Virus record (IMG/VR): IMGVR_UViG_3300033463_000061
Span: 27,112-91,111 of that record
Direction: 5' to 3' (one strand)
Source of the DNA: a virus
Lineage: Duplodnaviria > Caudoviricetes
Length of the DNA: 64,000 nucleotides
The translations under genes and the position numbers were made by a program. Of the stretch, positions 36,065-44,404 are shown piece after piece (the stretch's first letter is position 1; the number at the start of each line of letters is the position of its first letter). Under the pieces are notes generated by a model that made no database searches, was not told the DNA's origin, and worked only from the letters and a program-made list of their open reading frames with translations.

Positions 36065-37525
36065 TTACGGGACCTTTTGCGGCAGTGTAGCCCTGTAGTA
36101 GTTCGTAAAGCTGCCGGTCTGCGTGCTTGACGCACCTGCGAGCGCGTCAATAAGGTCATTTAGCGTGTGTTTAATGCTTATAAGCTCTCCCTCGATACTC
36201 GACATGCGCGTTACAAGCTCCGAGCGATTCGCAGTGACGGTCTGTGACAGGGTAGCCACGCGCGTAGCGGCGAGGCTGTCAGCCTGCGAGACTGCGTTTG
36301 ATATGATTCCGCTGCGTGCCGCGGATATACGGCTGTCAGCGATCGTGCGCGCCCTCGCATCTATCGCAGCCTCGATCCCGCCCTCTAGCACAGAAAACCG
36401 GCTGCCGAGCGCGTCAATGTCAGCCCTCAGCGCGGAGTCGGCAGAGGTATATCCGGACTGCACCCCAGAGATCGCCTGATTGACGGAGGCGAGCGCGTTA
36501 CTTGCAGTTGCCTCATGCGCCTGCAGCTCGTCTCGTAAGCCGTCTATGGCGAGCGCCACCGTCGACAGCTGCCCTCCCCAGGATGTGCCCACAGACGCTA
36601 TCTGCGCCGCAAGCGAAGCCTGCGCGTTGTTCAGCATGTTCGACAGCACGATGTCGCCTGACGCCCGTGCATAGGCCTCTGTGTTGATCCTGGAGGACAG
36701 CGACGAGTCCGCGGAAGACAGGGCCTGCAGCGCCGTGCCTATGTCATTCGTGGCTCCGTCTATGTCCGACACGTACGCCACGACATGCGTTACGCCGCCG
36801 TCGGTGACAAGCGCACGGCCGCCGGACAGTATGACCTGGTCGCCGGAGACAGGATCCACCAGCGCCTCCGCCTTCGGGACCGTATCATACCCGGCATAGA
36901 CGTCCTCGTTGACAAGCGATGAGATGCCGACGACCGACCCGAGGTCAAGCCGTGTCACGGTAACCATGGTCGAACTGCCCTCGAGTCGCTCGACCGTGGC
37001 ACTGGACATCTTGATGTTGACCCTGCCGCCCGACACCGACAAAGTCCCTATGTCAACGCCGACGAGCGCAAGGCATGTGTCGTATGACGCGCCAGATACG
37101 ACAACTGACAGCGATTCGATGCGCGACATCGGGCCGAAGCCGGCAATAGTCACCGTCCGGCCAGCATCGAGCGGCAAGGTTCCGCTGTACGTGGCCGGGG
37201 CAAGCAGGACTGCGGAGTTCGGCGCCATGTTCGCGAATGCGTACGTCAGGCTCCTGAAGGGGTACTGCGGCGAGCCGTTGCCCTGCACGCGTGCGTTGCC
37301 GGCGGCGTAGTACAGGTTCGATATCGGCTGGGAGGCCCAGTCTGCGACCGGAGGGAGCAGGGATGCGTCAAGAACGCCGTCCGCCTTCGTCCTCGGAAGC
37401 ATGCGGGCGTACGCAGGAGACCCGCCGCGCTCCGTTACGCCGTCTGCCGCAATACGGTCGAGATCTCCGTATGCGCCTGCGGCGCAAACTGAAACAACTG
37501 CTGCCAGCAACATCCGGAAGTGCAT
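36065..37525 (-). CDS. Signal-peptide-bearing fibre/adhesin-like protein (beta-helix-like N-half, coiled-coil C-half)
   Basis: MHFRMLLAAVVSVCAAGAYG; ADGVLDASLLP; GNGSPQYPFRSL..VLLAPATY; heptad-rich C-terminus. Confidence 0.7.
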   Translation of the reverse strand: MHFRMLLAAVVSVCAAGAYGDLDRIAADGVTERGGSPAYARMLPRTKADGVLDASLLPPVADWASQPISNLYYAAGNARVQGNGSPQYPFRSLTYAFANMAPNSAVLLAPATYSGTLPLDAGRTVTIAGFGPMSRIESLSVVVSGASYDTCLALVGVDIGTLSVSGGRVNIKMSSATVERLEGSSTMVTVTRLDLGSVVGISSLVNEDVYAGYDTVPKAEALVDPVSGDQVILSGGRALVTDGGVTHVVAYVSDIDGATNDIGTALQALSSADSSLSSRINTEAYARASGDIVLSNMLNNAQASLAAQIASVGTSWGGQLSTVALAIDGLRDELQAHEATASNALASVNQAISGVQSGYTSADSALRADIDALGSRFSVLEGGIEAAIDARARTIADSRISAARSGIISNAVSQADSLAATRVATLSQTVTANRSELVTRMSSIEGELISIKHTLNDLIDALAGASSTQTGSFTNYYRATLPQKVP

Positions 37526-37526
37526 G

Positions 37527-37913
37527 TCATTCCTCCGCCTGGACTACTACGGTATCCCCCGGTCGTACGCCATGGGCCGCGAGAAACCCGAGGGGCGTTT
37601 CGATCGCGTGTGCAGCCTTGACGGCGTTGGCCGCCGACGGGGAGTAGTGGAAGACGCCTCCCTTGTCGACAGGCATCGCGACCGTCTCGAGCACCTCGCC
37701 CTCCTTTGTGACGAACGTGAGGTCGAGCGGGAAGTTGACGTCCTTCATCCAGTAAATGCCGGCTTTGTCGAAGAACATGCCGCGCCCGGCGTCTAGGGAT
37801 GCTCGCTTAGACAGGCCCGCAGCTCTTGTTTCCGGGGTATCGGCGATTTCGAGCACGGCGGATGCCTTGACGGCTCCGTCCTGCCCGGTGAACGCAACTC
37901 TCACTTCGTCCAT
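37527..37913 (-). CDS. DUF192 domain protein
   Basis: EIADTPETRAAGLS.R..L..GRGMFF...YWMKDVNFPLD...AIETPLG...GVRPGD. Confidence 0.88.
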   Translation of the reverse strand: MDEVRVAFTGQDGAVKASAVLEIADTPETRAAGLSKRASLDAGRGMFFDKAGIYWMKDVNFPLDLTFVTKEGEVLETVAMPVDKGGVFHYSPSAANAVKAAHAIETPLGFLAAHGVRPGDTVVVQAEE

Positions 37914-37924
37914 GTGTCCTCCTT

Positions 37925-38045
37925 TGTAAAATTAAGGCGGCTTTCGGGGTCTCCGCGCGCCGGGCGGGGGAATTGCCCGGGGCCGCCGTGCGCGTCAATC
38001 AGGTTTCGGCGCCGCAAATGCGCCGAGGTGTCGTAACCCGCCCCT
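37925..38045 (-). ncRNA. Structured 5' leader or small RNA upstream of DUF192 (unclassified)
   Basis: Starts ~7 nt after TGATATACT; stems GGGCGGG/CCCGCCC, TCGGCGC/GCGCCGA, CCGGGC/GCCCGG, GGCGGC/GCCGCC, then TTAATTTT and the RBS. Confidence 0.45.
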
Positions 38046-38051
38046 GAGGAA

Positions 38052-38060
38052 AGTATATCA
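38052..38060 (-). promoter_or_regulatory. Extended -10 TGATATACT overlapping the upstream stop codon
   Basis: TGn-TATACT directly before the structured element. Confidence 0.55.
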
Positions 38061-38654
38061 TTTCTGCTCCGTTTGTGCCATAGCGGCCACCAGCCCGCGC
38101 AGCACCGTTACGCCGGCGTACGCCTTGAGGGCCTTGTATGCTTCGACGTCATAATCGAGGACTGTGAGCTTCGTCGGCTTGAACGTCGCGAGGAAGCCGG
38201 CCATGAAGCCGTCGAGCGCCGAACACATGAGCTCCCTGACAACACGGACTTGCGGGAACTTGATCTCGAGAAGGGCGTAGGCGTAGACCACTACGGCGAA
38301 GGCCGCGATCACGACGGCGCCTGTGAGCGGCTTGACCTTTCCGGCTGCAACAAGTGCGTCAACGTGGCGCTTCGCCGCGCCTATGAACGTCTCCGACAGC
38401 CCCTCGCCGGGGCCTGGCGTGGTGTTCATCACCGCCGTGGCGACAGACACGAGCAGATCCCGCGTGTCCTGCGAGAGGCTGCACTCGTTGAGCACAAGGC
38501 CGGCGGCTCCGCCGATCCCCTTGCCAGCCAGATAGACCGCCTCCATGCCGGGGATCGACTTGCAGCCGGCCGCCTCTGTTGCCACGACGGCTACAACGGC
38601 CGTGCCGGCAGCGCCGGCGAGCAGGTCACGCCTCGTAACGAGCTCGTCTTTCAT
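38058..38654 (-). CDS. Putative Tat-exported lipoprotein with an internal hydrophobic helix
   Basis: TRRDLL twin-Arg motif, h-region, AAGC lipobox; GAVVIAAFAVVVYAYALL. Confidence 0.7.
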   Translation of the reverse strand: MKDELVTRRDLLAGAAGTAVVAVVATEAAGCKSIPGMEAVYLAGKGIGGAAGLVLNECSLSQDTRDLLVSVATAVMNTTPGPGEGLSETFIGAAKRHVDALVAAGKVKPLTGAVVIAAFAVVVYAYALLEIKFPQVRVVRELMCSALDGFMAGFLATFKPTKLTVLDYDVEAYKALKAYAGVTVLRGLVAAMAQTEQK

Positions 38655-39271
38655 CACGCAGTCCTCTTCGCGGTCCACGTCCCGTACACAGCAGCTGTAT
38701 CAACTACACGGCTCTGTCCCCAGATCCGGGTAGGCGAAACGTGCCCGTATTCGGCGCAGCCGCAGCCGATCTGCCCGGCGACCTGGCCCTTCAGCCGCTT
38801 GCCGTTCGAGTACCCGCGGCCTGCGAGGACCAGGAGGAGCGAGTTGTCCTCGGTAGGCGCAGGCCCTATCGCGTATGACGGCATGGCTTCGATCGGAAGC
38901 ACAACGGAGCGGGTCGTGAACTTGCCAGTCCTGTTATTCCCGATTCCGTGCCAGAGAACGGTGCCGTTGGGCTCGACGCCGTATGTGACGCGAGTCCCGT
39001 TCACCTTGTGCGTCGCGTTCTCAAGGCAGCAGAAGACGACCTCGGGCTCCGCGTCCCGTACGTACGATACGACAAACTCGCCCGAGATCGTCTGCATCTG
39101 GTACTTGCGGTAGCCGCGGGACGACATGTTGTCGTAGATGCGCGGGACGTAAAGCCGCATCTTCAACGACCACCGTTCGCGCCCTATGTACGAGGTGTCC
39201 GCCTTCAGTGCCCTGGCAACACTGACTACGGGGATCGCCATAAGCAGCTCCCGCCTAGTTAGTTCAGCCAT
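38654..39271 (-). CDS. Putative Tat-signal beta-rich exported protein
   Basis: MAELTRRELLMAIPVVSVARALKA; GQIGCGC; GTWTAKR; GGAGG RBS. Confidence 0.7.
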   Translation of the reverse strand: MAELTRRELLMAIPVVSVARALKADTSYIGRERWSLKMRLYVPRIYDNMSSRGYRKYQMQTISGEFVVSYVRDAEPEVVFCCLENATHKVNGTRVTYGVEPNGTVLWHGIGNNRTGKFTTRSVVLPIEAMPSYAIGPAPTEDNSLLLVLAGRGYSNGKRLKGQVAGQIGCGCAEYGHVSPTRIWGQSRVVDTAAVYGTWTAKRTA

Positions 39272-39303
39272 TGCCGGCCTCCTTCCTTTTACGTCGGCGC
39301 AGG

Positions 39304-39669
39304 TCAGAGGCCGACGGCCTTGGCCATTGCGGCGACTTCGCCCTGGGCGGCGCCTGCAACTGCCATTGGCGACACGCCATCGTCGCCGGCGCCGTCCTTG
39401 ACTCTGTCTGAGTGCATTGCAGCTTTCTCGAGATTCGTCGCGCACATGGCGCGGAACACCTCGACACGGGCGGCATGCTGCACGTTGATGAACTTGAACG
39501 TGGACAAGATCGACAGGATCGCGCCGATGAGATTCGGCGCGTACGTCGCGATGCCCTCGTTCTGCTCCGGCGTGATCACGCCGAAGGCAAGCAGGAGCCC
39601 GGCAACGCTCGTGACGACCGTAAGCCAGAACTCGGCCTTTGCAAAAACGGATGTTGTTTTGCTTTCCAT
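39304..39669 (-). CDS. Holin-like two-TM protein
   Basis: SVFAKAEFWLTVV...LLLAFGVITPEQ...LIGAILSIL holin-like pattern. Confidence 0.6.
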   Translation of the reverse strand: MESKTTSVFAKAEFWLTVVTSVAGLLLAFGVITPEQNEGIATYAPNLIGAILSILSTFKFINVQHAARVEVFRAMCATNLEKAAMHSDRVKDGAGDDGVSPMAVAGAAQGEVAAMAKAVGL

Positions 39670-39689
39670 TGGTTTACCTCCTGTGTTTG

Positions 39690-39965
39690 CTAGACGTGCA
39701 TCGTCGCTGACTTTGCAAGTATGTGCTTACGCTGGCGGGAGCGCTCCTTGCCCGCGTCAATCAACGCCTTCAGGGCCCCGGGGTATGCGGGCTGGACTTG
39801 CGCAGGCGCGGGCGCGGGCTTGTTAGGCGGCGCAGACGCGTTGCCGAGGTAGTTCGTGTTGGCGGGGTTTGCCGCGGTCCCTCGGTCAAGGTACGCCGGC
39901 GCTGCCGCCGCCTTCTCGAGCGCCAGCCAGCGGCGCATGCTTCTCACGGCTGCTGCCTTTGTCAT
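39690..39965 (-). CDS. Small Ala/Pro-rich protein with KxA motifs
   Basis: KAA, EKAA, KSA; ATGA overlap. Confidence 0.6.
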   Translation of the reverse strand: MTKAAAVRSMRRWLALEKAAAAPAYLDRGTAANPANTNYLGNASAPPNKPAPAPAQVQPAYPGALKALIDAGKERSRQRKHILAKSATMHV

Positions 39966-40660
39966 CTTGTCGCCTCCGTGACGGCGTTCGCACTGTCTTT
40001 CTGCTCAAGCGCGTCACCGACGTCCTCGCCGTCTTCGAGGAGGTTGTCGACGCGCTTGAGGTCTGGGATCCTGTTGAACTGGACCTCCAGGTCGAGCATC
40101 TGCTCCGTAAGGTACTTCTCGATATTAGCGGAGTTCCCGTCGGCCGCCGCGCCGGAGAGCGCTGACCTGATCCTGCCCTCGTCCGGCCTGCGCTCGAACA
40201 TCTCGGCGAATACGGGGGGAAGGTCACCGGAGCGCGGGTCGAACCCGTCGGCCTCGAGCTGCTGGCGCATATACTGCTGGATCGAGTACGAGAATGGCAG
40301 CACATCCCGGTTCATCGCAACCTCCGCGACAGCCCACGCAGCCTCCTCCGACGTGACAGGGTCGAACACGAGGAACGACGGCGACCCCGACGCGAGCGTG
40401 TTGCACACGTTCAGGAACGCGTCGAGCCGCTTGAAGAAGGCGTCGGAGCCCATCACGACCTGCATGGCGCACCAGCGGTCCATCGCCGGCGTGCAGACCT
40501 CGGCCTGGAAGTCGGCCGCAGCCTCCATCGCGCAAGTCACCGGGTCCCAGTCGTAGACCTGCTGGCCGTACTGGTCGAGCATTATGGCGTGCACGACCGT
40601 CGCCAGGGTCTGAGGCGACTCGAGGGCGAGCTTGCGGGGGTATGTCATCTTGTCGTTCAT
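39962..40660 (-). CDS. Acidic hypothetical protein (probably virion-associated); leaderless start
   Basis: ATG lies 6 nt after TGGTATAAT. Confidence 0.75.
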   Translation of the reverse strand: MNDKMTYPRKLALESPQTLATVVHAIMLDQYGQQVYDWDPVTCAMEAAADFQAEVCTPAMDRWCAMQVVMGSDAFFKRLDAFLNVCNTLASGSPSFLVFDPVTSEEAAWAVAEVAMNRDVLPFSYSIQQYMRQQLEADGFDPRSGDLPPVFAEMFERRPDEGRIRSALSGAAADGNSANIEKYLTEQMLDLEVQFNRIPDLKRVDNLLEDGEDVGDALEQKDSANAVTEATR

Positions 40661-40666
40661 GCCGGT

Positions 40667-40675
40667 ATTATACCA
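40667..40675 (-). promoter_or_regulatory. Extended -10 TGGTATAAT (leaderless promoter; contains the upstream TAA stop)
   Basis: Consensus sequence and spacing to the ATG. Confidence 0.6.
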
Positions 40676-42236
40676 CATTGTTTGCCTTAGCGCCACCCTG
40701 CGCCTTGGCCTTCTCCGCGGTCAGGTCCTTGACGAACCTGCGGTAGCCGTGCGGCTTGTCGTATACCCTCTCGGTGAACCCGGAGTTGGCGGCGGCCCGC
40801 GCACTGGCCTCGTTCTCCCTGAGGAGGGACCATATTATGCGCTTTACCTCGGTACGCCTGTCTTTCTTCCGTCTCGCCCTCGCAACAGCTGCCTCTATGG
40901 CTTCGTCCACCATAGACCTTGCCACGCGGCGCCCTCTTGCCGCGTCGGACACGGCAAGCGTGAGATTCTGGGAGGACCTGGGGCTCCCGTCCTCGTACAG
41001 TCCGTACAAGTCGGCAAACCCTATAGGAACGCCGCCGTCGTACGCGACGCGCCTGGCCGTGTACGGCACGTCCTTGTAGAAGGTCCTTCCGGGGGTGACG
41101 AAGTTCTTTTCCTCCGGCGTCAGGGCGTCATAGACCTTTTTCACGTCCTTGTAGGGGCCTTCCCGCAGTTCGATGCCGGCCTTCGCGGATGCCGACTTTA
41201 CGTGTTCAAGCCATCCGCTCGGCTGCCGCATGTTCATGTGGACCTTGTGGACGACGTTGGTGCCCTTCACCCTGTACCCGTGGTAGCCCACCTCGTCACC
41301 GCGTGCGGGCTCGACCCGCACCCCCAGCGCGGTGTTGTTCGAGATTACGACCCTGCGCCCGTCTTTCAGGCGTATGACGATCTGGTCATGCCCCTTCGTC
41401 TTGTCAGGCGTATATGCCATGACCCTGCCGCGGCCGGACACGTACTCCTCCGCGGACCTGGACCTGGCCTTGTCGCCCTCTGCGGCCTTGACGGCCTGCC
41501 ACACGCCGTTGACAGCCCGCAGCCTGTTCTTCATGAAATCGCTATGGCTTTGTGTTGCCTTGTTAATAGCCGCCTCGCTGTACGCCTTGTTCCCGCGGAT
41601 CGTGTGGGCTGGCGTGAAGACCCGCCTGTGCAGCCAGTCGGCATACTGCTCCTTCGTGTACTTCGCACCAGGCGCCATGTACGTCTTGTACCCGAACCGA
41701 GACGGCATGTACTTGTCGACGAAGTAGTCCACCTGGCTGTCGGCCGAGTCCGTCAGTTTGCTCTCGGCGAGCCACTTCCTGTATGCGGCGAGCGACGCGC
41801 CGGTGTACTGCGGGATGCCGTAGCCGCCCCCGCCGCCTATCTGCTTCGTCGCATGGTCGAACCTTCCGCCCGTCTCGCGGTTGAAATTGGCGAGGATCGC
41901 GGCCTCGAGGTCCGGGTTGTTCAGCTTCGAGTGCAGTCGGGACGCAACGTGGTTGATGCGCGACTCCGCTGTCGTGGGTAAGACCGGAGCGGCCGGCGTT
42001 GTGGGGGGCACTGGCGCCGGCCGCTCCGGAAGACGAAGTCTCTGCCCGATCGACAGGCGGTCGGGGTTCTTGAGGTCGTTGAGGCGTGCGAGCTCACGCC
42101 ATGTCGTGCCGTTTCTGGCGGCTATCGACGACAGGGTGTCGCCGCGCACTACGCTGTAGCGCGCCCCCGGCACCGCCGTAGCGACGGCGGCGGCCAGCTT
42201 CAGTAACGCCCTGCGATCTAGTTGTCTCTGTGCCAT
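40668..42236 (-). CDS. Multidomain protein: LysM + phage-tail-lysozyme-like + DUF3465-like + GNAT acetyltransferase
   Basis: YSVVRGDTLSSIA..L.IGQRLRLP; AILANFNRETGG..GYGIPQYT; H..I.L.DG..V..N..L..GD.V...HKVH..GWL; AVSDAARGRRVA..NEASARAA..GF. Confidence 0.8.
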   Translation of the reverse strand: MAQRQLDRRALLKLAAAVATAVPGARYSVVRGDTLSSIAARNGTTWRELARLNDLKNPDRLSIGQRLRLPERPAPVPPTTPAAPVLPTTAESRINHVASRLHSKLNNPDLEAAILANFNRETGGRFDHATKQIGGGGGYGIPQYTGASLAAYRKWLAESKLTDSADSQVDYFVDKYMPSRFGYKTYMAPGAKYTKEQYADWLHRRVFTPAHTIRGNKAYSEAAINKATQSHSDFMKNRLRAVNGVWQAVKAAEGDKARSRSAEEYVSGRGRVMAYTPDKTKGHDQIVIRLKDGRRVVISNNTALGVRVEPARGDEVGYHGYRVKGTNVVHKVHMNMRQPSGWLEHVKSASAKAGIELREGPYKDVKKVYDALTPEEKNFVTPGRTFYKDVPYTARRVAYDGGVPIGFADLYGLYEDGSPRSSQNLTLAVSDAARGRRVARSMVDEAIEAAVARARRKKDRRTEVKRIIWSLLRENEASARAAANSGFTERVYDKPHGYRRFVKDLTAEKAKAQGGAKANNVV

Positions 42237-42248
42237 GTCGGTACCACG

Positions 42249-44381
42249 TCACACTGTTGCCCTGCGCACCGCACCATACGGCCGCTGGACCTGTCTTTTG
42301 TTGCGTGCCTCGTTGAGCAGCCTCATCTTGTACTTGGTCGGAAGCCCCTTGAAGTATGGATTGCGCCCGTCGAGAATCGCATCGGCCTGCTCTGGCGTGT
42401 ACTCGCCGTTCGGACCGGCGCCCTTCCCGGGCCACGCCCCCTTCAGGGCGCGGAGTGCGTTCATCTCGGCTGCCTGCTCGCGCGGGGTGTAGTGGTAGCT
42501 CTTCGTGTCCGGAAGCCCCTCCTCGCGTTGTATCTGCTCGATCTTCCCGATATACCCGGGAAGCTTTATCGTAAACGGGTGGAATGCCTCGTGCGTCATA
42601 AGCCCGTCGAGCCACTTCCCGGTCCTGCGGTAGGTCTTGTGGGCCGTTGCCGCCGTCGCCGGCAGCGATACCCACGACTCAGCGCCGTTCCGCGTGTGCG
42701 CAACCGCCGACCCGACGCTCGGCACTTCGTTTACGAACGGAAGCTCCGCGAGGTCCGCAGCGGCCGTCTGTACGCGCTTGAGCCCGACAGCCTGGTCTCC
42801 GTTCCCGGCCCGCCGCTGGAACTCCGGCATATTGGCCAGCGTGTTAACGGCGTCCACGGCGTACTGCCCCGATGCCTGCACGGCCGGAACGGCCTTGGCA
42901 GAGACGAGCTGCGCCTTTGTCGTGTCGGGGGTCGCGTTCCTGAGCAGTTTCAGCCCAGACGAGGCGGCGTTGAACCCGCCACGTCCGTACGTGCCCTCCG
43001 GCTGTGTGGCCTTGTCGTACCCGACGAGCTTGAATCCGACGCGGGGGACTGCGTTCGACACGGCTCCGCCGTCCGCCTTTTTGTTGAGCTGCGCGGAGAC
43101 GTACTCCGCGAATGTCTCCTCGCGCTTCTTGCGGGCAGGAACCGTGTCAAGGTAGACGGTATTGAACTTGTCTTTCCTGGCCTGCGCGAGCATCTGGCGC
43201 ACGAGGTCGCGCGCAAGGCCCTTTCTGTACACCTCATGCCCGAGCTCGTGCGCGATGATCCTTCTGCGGAACTCGCCGGGCTTGACATCGAGACCCCACC
43301 GCCGTATGACAGCCCGGGCATTCGGGTTGAGGTAGACGACGTTGTCCTTGCCCCAGCTGCCGCCTGTCTCGTCGTCCGCGAGCTCGTACGACCGTTTGCC
43401 GTTGCTGTACCTGGGGTGCTTCGACATCGCCAGCCGCATGTGCGACAGGTCGATGCCATACCTGTCCTTGTAGGCCCTGACCATGTTGGCGAAATCGTCT
43501 TTCGCAGCCGCCGCCTTGTACAGCAGCTCGTACCTGTTCGGCACCGCTCGTCCAGCCATGGCCTTCGCCTCCTCCGACGTCTTTTTCAGTCCATAGTCCC
43601 TGGCGACGCCGCCCCAGTCGCGCGGTCCGCCCATGCGAGGCCCGCCGTAGAACCCGGGAAGGCCGTACGGCTCCTGCCAGTCGAACCTTATGCCTGTTTC
43701 GCTCCCCTCGGGGACGAAAAGGTCAAATGACCCGCGGCTGAACTGCTTGCTGGTAGTCAGACGCGGGTCGACTCCGGCAGTGGCGTTTCGCATTACGTCG
43801 TAGTACCTGCCTGTCCCGGATGCACCGGTTATCTCCCTGACAGGGACGACCGTGTTCACGTGGTTCGACACGCGCCACGGAATGTATATCGGCTTTCCGG
43901 CCGCATTCTTGCCGGCGAACAGGCGCCCGTACATCGACCTGAACGGGAAAATGCCGTTCTCGAACGCCTGCAGCTCTGCCGGAGTGGCCACGAACGGGCC
44001 GCCGTCAAGACTGCGGAGGGGTGCGGCGTTCACCTGCACCACGCCCGCGGCGCGAAGCGCGTCCGGCGACGCGGACCAGCCGGTCCTGCCGAGCCTGTCG
44101 ACAATGAACGACGGGTTGTGGAGCAGCGGAATGTTCTTGTCGACGAGAAGGTCTGCGGTCGACTTCCCGTTGTTGAGCACGCGGTTCAGCCAAACGGCGT
44201 ATTTTGACGGATCGGCTGTTTTAGCCGTGCCTCCGAACAGTTTTCCAGCCGCACTAACGTCAGCCCCGGCCATCCGCAGCCCGGGGACGGTAAGGTACCT
44301 CCCTGCGCCCTTGATCTTGGAGAGACGCTCAAGCAACGGGCCGATGGCCTTCAGCGTGACTGCGTTAGAGCGCTTCTGCAT
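42249..44381 (-). CDS. Multidomain protein with two zincin metallopeptidase-like domains
   Basis: IIAHELGH...EETFAE and LMTHEAFH...PREQAAE. Confidence 0.75.
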   Translation of the reverse strand: MQKRSNAVTLKAIGPLLERLSKIKGAGRYLTVPGLRMAGADVSAAGKLFGGTAKTADPSKYAVWLNRVLNNGKSTADLLVDKNIPLLHNPSFIVDRLGRTGWSASPDALRAAGVVQVNAAPLRSLDGGPFVATPAELQAFENGIFPFRSMYGRLFAGKNAAGKPIYIPWRVSNHVNTVVPVREITGASGTGRYYDVMRNATAGVDPRLTTSKQFSRGSFDLFVPEGSETGIRFDWQEPYGLPGFYGGPRMGGPRDWGGVARDYGLKKTSEEAKAMAGRAVPNRYELLYKAAAAKDDFANMVRAYKDRYGIDLSHMRLAMSKHPRYSNGKRSYELADDETGGSWGKDNVVYLNPNARAVIRRWGLDVKPGEFRRRIIAHELGHEVYRKGLARDLVRQMLAQARKDKFNTVYLDTVPARKKREETFAEYVSAQLNKKADGGAVSNAVPRVGFKLVGYDKATQPEGTYGRGGFNAASSGLKLLRNATPDTTKAQLVSAKAVPAVQASGQYAVDAVNTLANMPEFQRRAGNGDQAVGLKRVQTAAADLAELPFVNEVPSVGSAVAHTRNGAESWVSLPATAATAHKTYRRTGKWLDGLMTHEAFHPFTIKLPGYIGKIEQIQREEGLPDTKSYHYTPREQAAEMNALRALKGAWPGKGAGPNGEYTPEQADAILDGRNPYFKGLPTKYKMRLLNEARNKRQVQRPYGAVRRATV

Positions 44382-44404
44382 GGCTGCCCCCGCGTAGCTC
44401 GTCG

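Noticed and set aside
37925-38045. Match to TPP riboswitch, HDV-like/hammerhead ribozyme or tmRNA/tRNA
   Set aside because: Has AACCTGAT and an acceptor-like stem, but lacks the TPP CUGAGA, the HDV P3/L3, the hammerhead CUGANGA core and a canonical T-loop/CCA; kept only as unclassified
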